Shown: in pieces, positions 13,469 to 25,540 of the stretch
Numbering within the stretch: position 1 is the first letter of the stretch
Layout of the letters: the number at the start of each line of letters is the position of its first letter
Source of the DNA: Octopus bimaculoides
Lineage: Eukaryota
Assembly (NCBI RefSeq): GCF_001194135.2
Contig: NC_068990.1
Span: 68,057,088-68,121,087 of the forward strand
Direction of reading: 5' to 3'
Length of the DNA stretch: 64,000 nt
The notes under the pieces: model-generated
What the model was told of the DNA's origin: nothing
Databases searched by the model: none
The model's input: only the letters and a program-made list of their open reading frames with translations
Program-made: the position numbers and the translations under genes

Positions 13469-13511
13469 GACACTTGATGAAGGCTGGAGAGTATATCAGC
13501 TGAAACGTGTT
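13469..13511 (+). ncRNA. Minimal type I hammerhead ribozyme motif (right arm, core mutated)
   Basis: gacac TTGATGA a ggctg gagagtatat cagct GAAAC gtgtt; C-to-T change in the CUGAUGA core and a 2-nt loss after GAAAC relative to the left arm. Confidence 0.6.
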
Positions 13512-13564
13512 AACAACAGACAACATGAGGACAAATATCCATCAAATATAAATAATGTAAATAA

Positions 13565-13800
13565 AGAACTTATTCTATTGGCCTCTTTTGCTGAACTCCT
13601 AAGTTACAGGGACAAGTAGGGGATAAACAAAGACACATACATTCATAAATATATATATATACACACATATATGATGGGCTTCTTCCAGTTTCTGTTTACC
13701 AAATCCACTTACAAGGATTTTGTCAGCCCAAGGCCATAGTGAAAGAAGACACATGCCTATGATGCCATATAGAGGGACAAGCTTCTTAATACAGTCAAAC
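13565..13800 (-). mobile_element. SINE family A, remainder after the insertion
   Basis: agaacttattctattggcctcttttgctgaac...tgggcttcttccagtttctgtttaccaaatccac. Confidence 0.75.
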
Positions 13801-14074
13801 CTATATTTGATAAATCGTATGGTATACACCAGGTAGTTTGACAATAGAACACATTCACTGGCTTAGTGTTCATTGGGTGTGTAATTAACGAGACACAGAA
13901 GACGGAAGATATGAGAATCTTAATTGATCACTACAATTATTTCAACCCATCTAGCATAGATCCCTCATGGGTGGGATACTGTACAACTGGTTTAGGTGCA
14001 TCCGTCAGTGTAGATATGTCGAGACAATTGTAATGATCAATAAAACTTCTTGTATCTTCCATCTGTCATTAATA

Positions 14075-14128
<54 letters not shown>

Positions 14129-14330
14129 AGCACTCTGTTGGTTACGACAATGAGGACCCCAGCTGATATGATTAATGGAACAATGGAACAGCTTGCTTGT
14201 GAAATTAATGTGCAAGTGGCTGAGCACTCCACAGACACATGTACCCTTAATGTAGTTCTCAGAAAGATTCAGCATGACACAGAGTGTGACAAGGCTGGGC
14301 CTTTGAAATACAGGTACTATTTATATTTGC
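14129..14330 (-). mobile_element. SINE body / conserved core fragment
   Basis: GC-richer block (minus: cagccttgtcacactctgtgtcatgctgaat...gtggagtgctcagccacttgcacattaatttc) next to (TA)n; recalled as a cephalopod SINE body. Confidence 0.5.
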
Positions 14331-14361
14331 CAGCTGTGTCGACTGGAGCAATGTGCAATAC

Positions 14362-14580
14362 ATATCATCATCATTGTGTCACATCCATTTTCTATGCTGG
14401 CATGGGTTAGATGGTTTGACTGAAGCTGGTAAGCTAGAGAGCTGCACCATGCTCCAGTCATCTATTTTGGCTTGGTTTCTATGGCTGGATGCCCTTCCTA
14501 ATGCCAATTACTTTACAGAGTGTACTGGGTGTCTTTCACTTGTTGCTGCTATGGGTGCATTTTACATGTCAACGGCACAA
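14362..14580 (-). mobile_element. RTE LINE 3' tail
   Basis: catcatcat...gctggcatgggttagatggtttgac...ggctggatgcccttcctaatgcca. Confidence 0.8.
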
Positions 14581-15018
14581 GCAGAGATGTTAAATAATTA
14601 GGCTGATATATATATAATCATTTAGTAAGCACAATATATATTTATGTGTGTGCTACTATAAGTTTCATACTCAGTACAGTAATTGGACAGGCTTATCTAG
14701 TATGCCATGTGCTATCCTGGAATTGCTCACACACACACACACACGCACACACACTCACGCATACACACGCACACANNNNNNNNNNCACACACACACACGC
14801 ACACACACTCACGCATACACACGCACACATATATATGTATGTGTGTGTGTCTATATAAAATAATAATAATCAAAATTAAATCCTGTATTTATTTATAATA
14901 CTTATCTTTTGCTAGATGGAGTACTTATTTCCTTGAACCTACCAAAACTCTCTCTCTCATTCTCTTTCTCCCCCCATCCCTCTATATATATGTGTGTGTG
15001 TTTGTGTGTCTGTGTGTG

Positions 15019-15060
<42 letters not shown>

Positions 15061-15699
15061 GAGAGAGAGAGAGAGAGAGACACACACACACACAGAGTTG
15101 TGAAATGGATACTAAATAACACAATCAAGGATTCCTATGTCATGGTACTATGGCTATGTCATGGTGTTGGAACGTTCTTTCATAAAAGTCACCAACCACA
15201 ATCACAGAATTCATACCACAATTACCAAAACCAAAACAACTTCCAACAACCAGTTTTTCATGACATCATTCTAACGTTATGTATTTAGCATAACATTCAT
15301 TGTTATTTTCTTCTTTTCTTTTTCTGCTTAGATGAGTCTCTATGCATGCTTGATTGCTTTGACAGATGAAGTGATGTGATTTCATCACAGGAATGATGAA
15401 GACTTTTTTACACTACAAATATATTAAACCATACAATGTATATATACATATGTGTTTATGTGTGTGGTGCATGTGTTTATATGTATATAAAAAACATGCA
15501 CCACACACTTATACACAGTTAATTTGTTTGTATACGTGTGTGTGTATATATATNNNNNNNNNNNNNNNNNNNNNNNNNNNNNNNNNNNNNNNNNNNNNNN
15601 NNNNNNNNNNNNNNNNNNNNNNNNNNNNNNNNNNNNNNNNNNNNNNNNNNNNNNNNNNNNNNNNNNNNNNNNNNNNNNNNNNNNNNNNACACACACACA

Positions 15700-16150
15700 C
15701 ACACATATACAAACAAATTAACTGTAACATTTCTTTATCATCATCAACAACAACCATATTATTATTATTTCCATCATTTATTTCATTTATGTCATGTGTT
15801 TATATTTTAATCTTTTTTCCTTTTACATCAACCTTTGTGGCACCACAAACAGTTATTTACAAAGGTAAAAAAATAAATTTGGGAGAAAATCAAAAATAGA
15901 AAGGAAGATGTTTCCCAACAATTTTCTATATTTGAACTGTGCCTTTGTGTTAAGATAATTTCAAACATCACCGATATGAACTTCTACCTATGTTATATAT
16001 TTCCATTTTCTGACAAGTCTATAACATATAGTTAACACTGTGCTTAAGATATTTTGTCAGTAAATGCCTAAGTAGATTTACTTTTTTTTTATATGCAAAC
16101 ACTCCAATACATGGACAAAAGTATGTTGTCCAGTTGTTAAGGTGTTAAGC
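15700..16150 (-). repeat. Right arm of diverged inverted duplication (partner 11630-12100)
   Basis: gatatgaacttctacct, gtaaatgcctaa and tatgcaaacactccaata match the reverse complement of the left arm. Confidence 0.85.
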
Positions 16151-16249
16151 TCCAGCTGTCACATTGTTGGTGTACTCCTGGGTGGAAGGGGAAGAATGGC
16201 AACAGAGTATATGTCTGCTTGCAAGGGGATGACAGGGAACCAAAACTCC

Positions 16250-16595
16250 TTGCAGTTTGCTGTGCTTGAGAAGACACATCAAGCTAAGTAAAATCAGCTA
16301 AGTATGCATACAGGCATGTCCCCTGCATCCCTCTCCAGCTGAGCATTCCTAATCTTGTGGGCGGGTGGGTGCTGGTGCTACATAACAAGCACCTGTTACA
16401 GTGCCATGTAAATGCACCCATGCTGGTGCTGTATAAAACAAACCAGTACACTATGCAAAGTGGATGGTGTTAAGAAGGGCACCCAGCCATAGAAAATATG
16501 TCAAAACAGACACATACACCTCTTCAGCTAGTCAGCTGCTGTCAAACCGTCCAACAAATACCAGCATGGAAAATAGACATTAAATGATGATGATG
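16250..16595 (+). mobile_element. RTE LINE 3' end
   Basis: ORF end FAVLEKTHQAK-like, then tail gtcaaaccgtccaac...ccagcatggaaaatagacattaaatgatgatgat. Confidence 0.75.
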
Positions 16596-16664
16596 TAAAT
16601 ACATTGTATTTACTTGCTAGTGACAGGTATGGCTAAGGATTTTTTGAATCTGTAACTGTTTATA

Positions 16665-17015
16665 ATAATAATAATGAGCTTAATATATACAGGGCTGAGG
16701 TGCACTACAATTCACCAGGAAAAACTAAAAGAAGGGACAGAAAGTAGCTATATTACAGAACAACAAAAATACATGCACAGGACACAAGATAAAACAAAAA
16801 ACAACAACAGAAAACTGAACATTGAAAGAACCATACAGAGGAAAAGGTGCATAAATACATCAGGAGAAGTGCTGGCAAATTTCAGGAAGCATGGAATTTA
16901 TGAAGGATGCAGTGTCCTGACAACAAACAACTGATACAGCTAGTTTATTCCATGTTTTGACAGATCTCAGAATGCAAAAAAGTGTTTCCATGAATCATGG
17001 GTGCTGCACTGGTTT
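16665..17015 (-). mobile_element. CR1/L2-like LINE 3' end with (TTA)n tail
   Basis: Homologous to 34915-35275 (aatttcaggaagca..gaaggatgcagtgtcctgaca); clade inferred from decayed C-terminal translation. Confidence 0.55.
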
Positions 17016-17039
17016 TTCTTTTATTCTTTTATTTCCTTC

Positions 17040-17545
17040 AGTTATTTGACTTCAGCCATGCTGGAGCACCATCTTTAGTCGAAGAAATCAACCCCAGGAC
17101 TTATTCTTTGTAAGCTTAGTACATAGTCTATCATCTCTTTTGCCGAACCGCTAAGTTATGGGGATGTAAACACTAACATCGGTTGTCAAGCGATGGTGGG
17201 GGGGACAAACACAAACATATATGTATACGTGTGTGTGTGTGTGTGTGTGCGTGTGTTGGGCGTCCTTCAGTTTCTGTCTGCCAAATCCGNNNNNNNNNNG
17301 TAAACACTAACATCGGTTGTCAAGCGATGGTGGGGGGGACAAACACAAACATATATGTATACGTGTGTGTGTGTGTGTGTGTGCGTGTGTTGGGCGTCCT
17401 TCAGTTTCTGTCTGCCAAATCCGCTCATAAGGCTTTGGTTGGCCCGGGTCTTTAGTGGAGGTCACTTACCCTGGGTTCCACGCAGGGGGGGGGGGCCTGG
17501 TCCCATGTGGTTGGGGTACAAGCTTCTTACCAACAGCCATGTCTG
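17040..17545 (-). mobile_element. SINE family A (middle duplicated across a 10-N gap)
   Basis: Close to consensus; ~17168-17288 is repeated at ~17300-17420 around the gap. Confidence 0.85.
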
Positions 17546-18321
17546 TGCCTATTGTGCATGTTTAATATCTTCTTACAGTAAGGTCCCTGTTCCTGCCTCT
17601 CTTTCCTCATCTGGCATAAAGTCATCTCCCTCAATACTCCCTTGGTTGAAGAATACTGTATAGTGGTTACTGTATGCTGTATAGTGGAATACTGTATACT
17701 GTATAGAAGAACACTGTATACCTGGTTATCTTGCTAGAGCCAGTGTCACACATAAAGCACCCTGCACACTCTGTAATAAAGTGGTTTGCATTAGGAAGGG
17801 TGTTCAGCCATACAAACTAAAGCAGAGACATACACAGATTTCAGTAAATCCTCTGTCATTATTTGACAAGGTAATCTGCTAGACAGCATAATACAATATC
17901 TCCACTCCCTCAATATTCACAACTATGATAACCCTTAGTTTGGTGCTATGACTTCCAACACAATTCTACAGTACTCTACTTGCATACATACCTAGACATA
18001 CATATGCATACATATATGCATGTATGTATGTGTCTGCTTTATTTGGATCTGGTCAAAGAAATTTATATGTTTAGCAGTGGCACTGTCACAGTTTATATAT
18101 ACATATGAGTAAACTCTGAAGCTGGATTTGAACTTGCATCGTATACTTAGCTCATTTGTGTTACTTTTTATGATGGCAACTATTCAGCAAATGTCACTTT
18201 AATAAAACTATCTATGTGTGGTTTAATTAGATATTGACAGCATTATTACATGTCATTCTTTGTGTCTACCTTTCTCTCTTTCTCTTGCTTTCATCCCTCC
18301 CCTACACAACACACACACACA

Positions 18322-18363
<42 letters not shown>

Positions 18364-18693
18364 TTTCTTTGTCCTAATTCTTTTGATTAACAGATCCTAA
18401 TTTGATATATTGGCAAAATCCTGCGTAATTAATTAATTATTTGCATATTAATATTAATTATATACTTCAACCAATGCCAGCATAGTAGAGTGGATGCTAA
18501 AATTGATGATTATAATGATGATAATAATGAGAGGAGGAGGAGGAGGACTATTTATTCCAGGAATATATGTAATCAAATAATCTCACATTTCTCTAACAAT
18601 TCATAAATTGAAAAGTATAGAAAACAATTATGCTATATGTGTGGGTGTGCTTATAAATGTATGTGCATATATGACCACATATGTAGCTAAATG

Positions 18694-19254
18694 NNNNNNN
18701 NNNNNNNNNNNNNNNNNNNNNNNNNNNNNNNNNNNNNNNNNNNNNNNNNNNNNNNNNNNNNNNNNNNNNNNNNNNNNNNNNNNNNNNNNNNNNNNNNNNN
18801 NNNNNNNNNNNNNNNNNNNNNNNNNNNNNNNNNNNNNNNNNNNNNNNNNNNNNNNNNNNNNNNNNNNNNNNNNNNNNNNNNNNNNNNNNNNNNNNNNNNN
18901 NNNNNNNNNNNNNNNNNNNNNNNNNNNNNNNNNNNNNNNNNNNNNNNNNNNNNNNNNNNNNNNNNNNNNNNNNNNNNNNNNNNNNNNNNNNNNNNNNNNN
19001 NNNNNNNNNNNNNNNNNNNNNNNNNNNNNNNNNNNNNNNNNNNNNNNNNNNNNNNNNNNNNNNNNNNNNNNNNNNNNNNNNNNNNNNNNNNNNNNNNNNN
19101 NNNNNNNNNNNNNNNNNNNNNNNNNNNNNNNNNNNNNNNNNNNNNNNNNNNNNNNNNNNNNNNNNNNNNNNNNNNNNNNNNNNNNNNNNNNNNNNNNNNN
19201 NNNNNNNNNNNNNNNNNNNNNNNNNNNNNNNNNNNNNNNNNNNNNNNNNNNNNN
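18694..19254. other. Assembly gap (N run)
   Basis: Run of n; overlapping X-ORFs are artefacts. Confidence 0.99.
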
Positions 19255-19764
19255 TGGCAAATTTTCAAGAAGAGGGGAAATGAAAATAATGTTTTTTACA
19301 AAAATATAAAAAATATATAAAAAAATAAATATACCAATACGTTATATTGTCTTTGAGTTTTTAAAGTTCAATGGTAATCCATGTAGATAATTGTTAGATA
19401 GATTAGGATGCATGGAATTAAGAATGGTGTTGTGTTTAAAAAAAGCTGAGAATTTATGTGTTAAACAGGAAGTGTGTGTAAGGGAAGACAATTCTGTGGG
19501 TTTTATACTCTTTAGTTGGAGTTCTGGACTCTTTGTCAACAGGAAGTTTATGTCTGTTTTTAGAGAAACAAGAAGTAAATTTATATGTATTTCAATGGGT
19601 AAGTGAGAGAGGGGAATATGGTCACCGAGGGGTTTGTATGTTAAGAAGCATTTGGAATTTCTCTATAAAAAAATTCTCCTTATTGATTCTTTCTTGTGAA
19701 GAGATTCTGTCTTTACATTGATAGAAAGGGAATATAAGGAATTTAGGGTTTTTAACAGGGTTGG

Positions 19765-20042
19765 ACATGTGTGGCTGTGGTCTCACTTTGGTCGCTGGGT
19801 CTTCTCTATCACACGGTATCTCCAAAGGTCCTGGTCTCCTGTCATTGCCTCTGTGAGGCCCAATGTTTGAAGGTCATGCTTCACCACCTCATGCCATGTC
19901 TTCCTGGGTCTACCTCTTCCACAGGTTCCTTCTACAGTTAGGGAGTGGCACTTCCTCACACAGCTGTCTTCATTCATGCATAACACATGACCATACCAGT
20001 GCAAACGTCTCTCTTGCACAATACATTTGCTGCTTCTTATGC

Positions 20043-20045
<3 letters not shown>
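19765..20045 (-). mobile_element. RTE LINE ORF C-terminus relic
   Basis: ERRLHWYGHVLCMNEDSCVRKCHSLTVEGTCGRGRPRKTW..VVKHDL..LGL matches the RTE post-RT motif LRWxGHVxRM...GxRxRGRPxxxW. Confidence 0.85.
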
Positions 20046-20084
<39 letters not shown>

Positions 20085-20320
20085 TATCTTGTTTCAGTTA
20101 TTTGACTGTAGCCATACTGGGGAACCACTTTGAATGGTTTTGTAATAAAAAAAAAATTGACACCCAGGACTTCCTTTTTTAATGTTAGTACTTATTCTAT
20201 CGGGTTCTTGTACCAAACCGCTAAATCATGGAGATGCAAACACACTCACACCAGTTGTTAAATGGCAGTGAAGATTCAACCATAGATACAAAGGCGCACA
20301 CACACACACACACACACACA
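20085..20320 (-). mobile_element. SINE family A, 3' half (split by mariner insertion)
   Basis: tgtttcagttatttgactgtagccatactgg...ccagttgttaaatgg, then (CA)n. Confidence 0.7.
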
Positions 20321-21552
20321 TGTAGGATGTCCAAAAAAATGTATACACACTTTAAATACTTATAAAGTAGGTGTTTATTAAAATACATTTCATTTTCAAT
20401 ATTTACTAGAATCTACATATTTTATTTTACTGTTTTATCAATGCCTGTTTTCAAAATGACATCTGTTCTGGTCTAGGCACTACTGACAACTCAAAGCAAT
20501 GGATTCACAAACATCATGCAACAATTAGTTTGCTATTTGTATGCATTCTTGTTCAATGTCTGCTCTCAAATCAGCAACTAGACTTTGTCTTTTAGGTATA
20601 AAATAAAAAAAGTTTAGTGGTGTGAGGTCCGGTGAATGAGGAGGGTATTCAATGAAACCCCTTCATTCAATCCACCTGTTTAGCAAGATCTTGTCAAGGA
20701 AGGATCTAACATTGCAATGGTAGTGTGAGGATGCCCCATCTTACTGAAAATAAAAATCCTCATCTTCAAAGTCTTCTCTAATGCTTGGCATGAGTGATGC
20801 AGCAAGTTCAAGTAAATGGGACCAGTCACAGTAGCATAAAAAAAGAATGGTCCACTTAATTCTCTTGATCATAAACCACACCACAGTGTAACTCCTGGTA
20901 AATTATCATGGTATTCCACCATAACATGTGGATTCTCAGGTCCCCAGTAGGTGCAATCATGGCAGTTAATTGAACCAGTTAATCTGAATGTGGCCTCATC
21001 ACTCCACACAGTCTTTGTTGGAAAGTGTGCATCTTCTACACATCGTGCCAAGTACCACTTGCAACGCAGCACTCTTCAGTCAGGATCATCATCATTAATG
21101 GCATGGACTAATCTTGGAACATATCTTTTCCATTGATAAAGCTTCAAAATGCATTGGACAGACGATTTTGAAATATCTACCTCATGATTCTCTTGCCACA
21201 CAGATTTTCTTGGACTTTGGTGATACATTTCCAGCACTCCTTCCTGCTTTGTGAGGGTTGTCGATATTCGTAGTCTTCCAGAACGCTTCTCGTGGACATT
21301 CTGAACAGTTCCATCGGTTTCAAATTTGAGTGATGGTAAGTCACATTGGTGAATCTGTTTGAAACTCCCGCCTAAACTGTCTTTACACTTCAACTGTGTT
21401 TTCACACTTCCAGTAGCATTTTACAATGGATTTCCTTTGTTCAAAGCTAAGTTTGACTGCCATCATTAATTCCAATGCATTTCATTTGGAGAGAACAAAC
21501 ATTGAGCCATTGAGCTGCTAAATTGTGAATTCATTTTTTGGGGGACACCCTG

Positions 21553-21554
<2 letters not shown>
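20321..21554 (-). mobile_element. Tc1/mariner DNA transposon, degenerate full-length-like copy
   Basis: TIRs tgtaggatgtccaaaaaaat and ttttttggggacaccctgta; pseudo-transposase with [21 protein letters not shown] and PPHSPDLTP motifs interrupted by stops and frameshifts. Confidence 0.85.
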
Positions 21555-21609
<55 letters not shown>

Positions 21610-21610
<1 letters not shown>

Positions 21611-21765
21611 CACCAATCTTCTTTCAGTTTCCATCTACCAAATTCACAAAGATTTGGTTGGCTTGAGGCTATAGTAAAAGACACTTGTCAGAGGTGGCAC
21701 ACAGTGGAACTGAACCCAAAACCATGTGGCTGGGAAGAAAGCTTCTTTCCACATGTGCCTGTACC
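21610..21765 (-). mobile_element. SINE family A, 5' half (split by mariner insertion)
   Basis: cttctttcagtttccatctaccaaattcac...gaactgaacccaaaaccatgtgg. Confidence 0.75.
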
Positions 21766-23329
21766 TATATATATACATAAATTCTTGGGGTTAAACTGAA
21801 AAGAGAGTAAAGGTTTTCTGAAGCATAAGTAATTACTGACAAAAATATACATAATATATTGGAGGAATATTTACTGTATGAAACTCATAGCAACAGATGA
21901 TCTTTATTTGATAATACCAAACATTTCTCCATGGCCCCTAGTATCTCCTTTGTTGCTAAGGGCTGCTTTGTAGATGTTTAAAGAACATGTTAAATATTAA
22001 GGATGTTAAACAGACAATAATGTCTATAAAAAAATAAAAATGCCTTGAAACAATTGATTCCCATTGTAACTGCATCGCTTTCATGAATAAATTTGTATAT
22101 TGAATTAGAATTATTTTATTATATACAGTTGTTTCTTACTGTAAAACTGGAGAAAAATATATTTGCATGTAATTGTGTCTTCATAGATAATTATATATGC
22201 ATACATCTAAACATTGGCATCCTTCAGCATTTTGGAATATCTTTAGAGAATGTATACAAAAGTGGCTGTGTGCATATACATATATGCATATCTAAATCTA
22301 TCTACATATATATATACACACACACACACACACATATATATGTATGTACATATATATATGTGTGTGTGTGTGTGTATCAATATATGTGTGCATATGTATA
22401 TGTATGTGTGTGTGCATGCTCATATATATNNNNNNNNNNNNNNNNNNNNNNNNNNNNNNNNNNNNNNNNNNNNNNATATATGCATGCATTCAAACTGGCA
22501 TATCACTCTTATAGCTTTAAAAGAGTTAATTTTCTAAATTATTTTTCATCAACTCAATATACAATTATGTATTCATAGAAGTTGATTTTGTGCAGAATGT
22601 TAAACACAAACATGTATACATTCACACAGCACAAAGTAGAAATATGCATACTTTTATCACTACGTGTGTGGGTGTATGCTGAGATGTGCACACAAGTGTG
22701 TAAACAGCCGTATATGTGTATGTGTGTATGTGTGCGTGCAGGTGTATGTGAATATGTTTGAATATGCGTAACAAATGTGCAAGATTGTGTAAATATTTAT
22801 TTCTGCATCTCCTCTACCTTTTGTGATTAAACACTGAAAATTCAAGGATATTACATGAAACCATTTCCGCTTGATTCATTTTGAAATGTCAGTGAGATAT
22901 CAATTTGCAATAAATTTACAATATGCAGTTGCAAAACTGGCTTTAAGTACTTCTCAACTTCCTGGCCAACATTTTTCTTTCTGTTTTACTATTTGTCATC
23001 TGAACAACTATAATTATCAAGTAATTGTGGAAATAGTGATAGCAACAGAAATTTGTAGTGATGGTGAAAAGAAACGGTAATGCTATTGATAAGAGATAGA
23101 GTGGTGGTGGATTTCATTAAAACGGCAGCAGTAAATACAATAGTGAATTTTCCAACAATAGCAAATTTTGTAGTGTTGGTGGTTGTAGAATAGGGTATTG
23201 AATTACTGATTAGATTTTCACGTGTTTCCAGATATGACACTTAATGTAAATTGGACAATAAATTAGGTGTATCTTCCTCATCACTGCCACCATTTTTTTT
23301 TTAATATCAGTATTTTGATGCAAGTGAAG

Positions 23330-23580
23330 TCATGTAGCCTAATGGTTAAGCTATTGCACTCACAAGTGAAAGATCTTGGTTTTGATTCCCAGACATGGTA
23401 ATGAGTTATATTCTTGAGCAAAACATTTCTTTTGACTCAGTTTACCCAGCTCCAGTTCACTCAACTGTAAGTGAGTGAGCTTGCATCCCATTCAGGAGTG
23501 ATGTTTTGATCTTTGTCACTTATACACCAAGGAAATCAAGTAACCAATCCTATGAGTCCTAAGACTTCAGATGCTAATCT
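23330..23580 (+). mobile_element. tRNA/CORE-type SINE
   Basis: tagcctaatggttaag...ttttgattcccagac...ttcttgagcaaaaca...ccagttcactcaactgtaa. Confidence 0.6.
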
Positions 23581-23599
23581 ACAGGGTTATCTTTTATCT

Positions 23600-23860
23600 T
23601 TTATCTTTCTCTTTTAGTCATTAGACTACAGCCATGCTGGGATACTGCCTTGAAGAATTTTTTGCCAAATGAATCAACCCCAGTACTTTTTCTTCTTTTA
23701 AGCCTATTAGTCCCTGTTGCTGAACTGCTAAGTTATGGGGGTGTAAGCACACCACCACTGGTTGTCAAGCAGTAGTGGGGGACAAACAAAGACACAAGCA
23801 CACACACACACACACACACACATACGCACACATGTGCAATGGGCTTCTTTTTGTTTCCAT
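23600..23860 (-). mobile_element. SINE family A fragment
   Basis: cagccatgctgg...ctgaactgctaagttatggg...ctggttgtcaagc, with (CA)n. Confidence 0.7.
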
Positions 23861-24597
23861 CAACATCCACTCTCTTTAAAGCTAGACACAACCTCCATCT
23901 TTTTAAAGCTAGGCACAACCTCCACCTTCTTAAAAGCTAACTAATGTCCTTATCATAAATTCAACAAACATTAACACATTCCTATCAATGATACTTTCAT
24001 GTATATTATCTTATTTGGATCTGCTATTATAACAACTAAAATATAAAGGTTACATATTTCCACAGCAAAATACAAAATGTCTTCACAAGACCAGTTATGT
24101 CTTTTCTTCAACAATAATCTCTACTGGAATCCTTAAAGACTTGACTTACACTTCAGACTAGTCCTTACCCATTACTATGCTGCCAAGTAACGACCTAGTG
24201 AAGATGAAATAGATCATTCAGCAGAAGTCTATAACAATGGTCATACTGATATGCTCAACAGCAATCTGTCTTTTTTTTCTTTTTTTTCATTTATCTTTTG
24301 TGCTCACTCTCTCTCACTGTATATCCCTCTCAGCAACAACCAGTCATTATAGTGAAGGTCTTTCTTGAAAGACTGTGTTGTGTTTTTTTTATATGTTGAA
24401 AGACATAGAAACACACAGAGAAATACACACATGCACAAACAACCAAAAAGATTGCCATATGCATCATAAAAATACATATAGTCAGTTTTCTGAAGTTTGT
24501 GTTGTGTTGAGACCTGCACTCAAAATTCCTGCATTTTTAGTCAAAACTTGTTAGCTACTATGGTGATAATACTACCTATCTATCTATTACACACACA

Positions 24598-24674
<77 letters not shown>

Positions 24675-25104
24675 TCTGTATTTCTCTTTCAACAGCAACT
24701 TTTCTCCTCCTCTTCTAAATATACGTTTTGACAGGAGTTCCTCTTCTTTCCTGCCTCTAACAGATGTTGTGATGGACACACAGTGATCAGCTTCTCTTTT
24801 GTAATATAAGATTAATGATTGTGGGTTTTTAAATATTTTTTATAATGTATTCAAAAAATATTATTCACCAGGTCCAGCAAATTGCCGGACCTTCTAGCTA
24901 CATTGTTTTTGCTCCTATAATCTTTCTTTCTCTCTCTCTTTCTTTGTGTTAGTGTAGACAGATAGACACCAACAAATCATGTGTTACAGCAAAAGAGGCT
25001 GATCACAATATCAGTGAAATAGAAGACTATTAATATATAATACATGCTAGAAGACTCCAAGTGGACATGATGGGAATGTTCCATGCTTGTAATTATCATC
25101 ATCA

Positions 25105-25540
25105 TCCTTATCATTTGATGTTCACTTTCCATGCTGGCATGGGTTAGACGGTTTGACTGAAACTGGTAGGCCAGAGAGCTGCACCAGGTTCCCGTCTGAT
25201 TTAGCATGGTTTCTACAGCTGGATGCCCTTCCTAACGCCAACTACCCTGAGAGTGTAATGGATGCTTTTAACGTGTCACCAGCATGGATGCCATTTACAT
25301 GATGCCAATAAAGGTCATGACTATGATTTCATGGTGCCATTTACATGACACTGGCCACAGCCATGACTATGGTTTCACTTGGCTTGACAAGTCTTCTCAA
25401 GTACAGCATTTTGTCATGGTCTCAGTCACTTGAATCACCTCCATGGGGCTCATCATTCAAAGATCATGCTTTACCACCTCGTTCCATGTCTTTTTGGGTC
25501 TACTTTTTCCACAGGTTCCCTCCACAGTTAGAGATTGCCA
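25105..25540 (-). mobile_element. RTE LINE 3' end
   Basis: Tail tttccatgctggcatgggttagacggtttgac plus ORF-end relic ttccatgtctttttgggtctactttttccacaggttcc. Confidence 0.8.

Larger units (their letters stand above)
12744..13564. mobile_element. Palindromic non-autonomous element (Penelope/retrozyme-like) with tRNA-like heads and hammerhead motifs
   Basis: Arms ~12775-13120 and ~13204-13564 are reverse complements; exact 12-bp direct repeat agaacttattct at 12732-12743 and 13565-13576. Confidence 0.8.

Noticed and set aside
15513-15730. Inverted repeat around the 15554-15688 gap
   Set aside because: It directly flanks a gap and microsatellite, so it cannot be separated from an assembly artefact
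17168-17420. Tandem duplication inside a SINE
   Set aside because: Identical sequence on both sides of a 10-N gap indicates unmerged contig overlap; same for about 14729-14830 and 51380-51584
17577-17655. Candidate 79-nt minus-strand exon (FNQGSIEGDDFMPDEEREAGTGTL frame)
   Set aside because: Good donor (GTAAGA) but weak acceptor, sandwiched between repeats, and no recognisable protein
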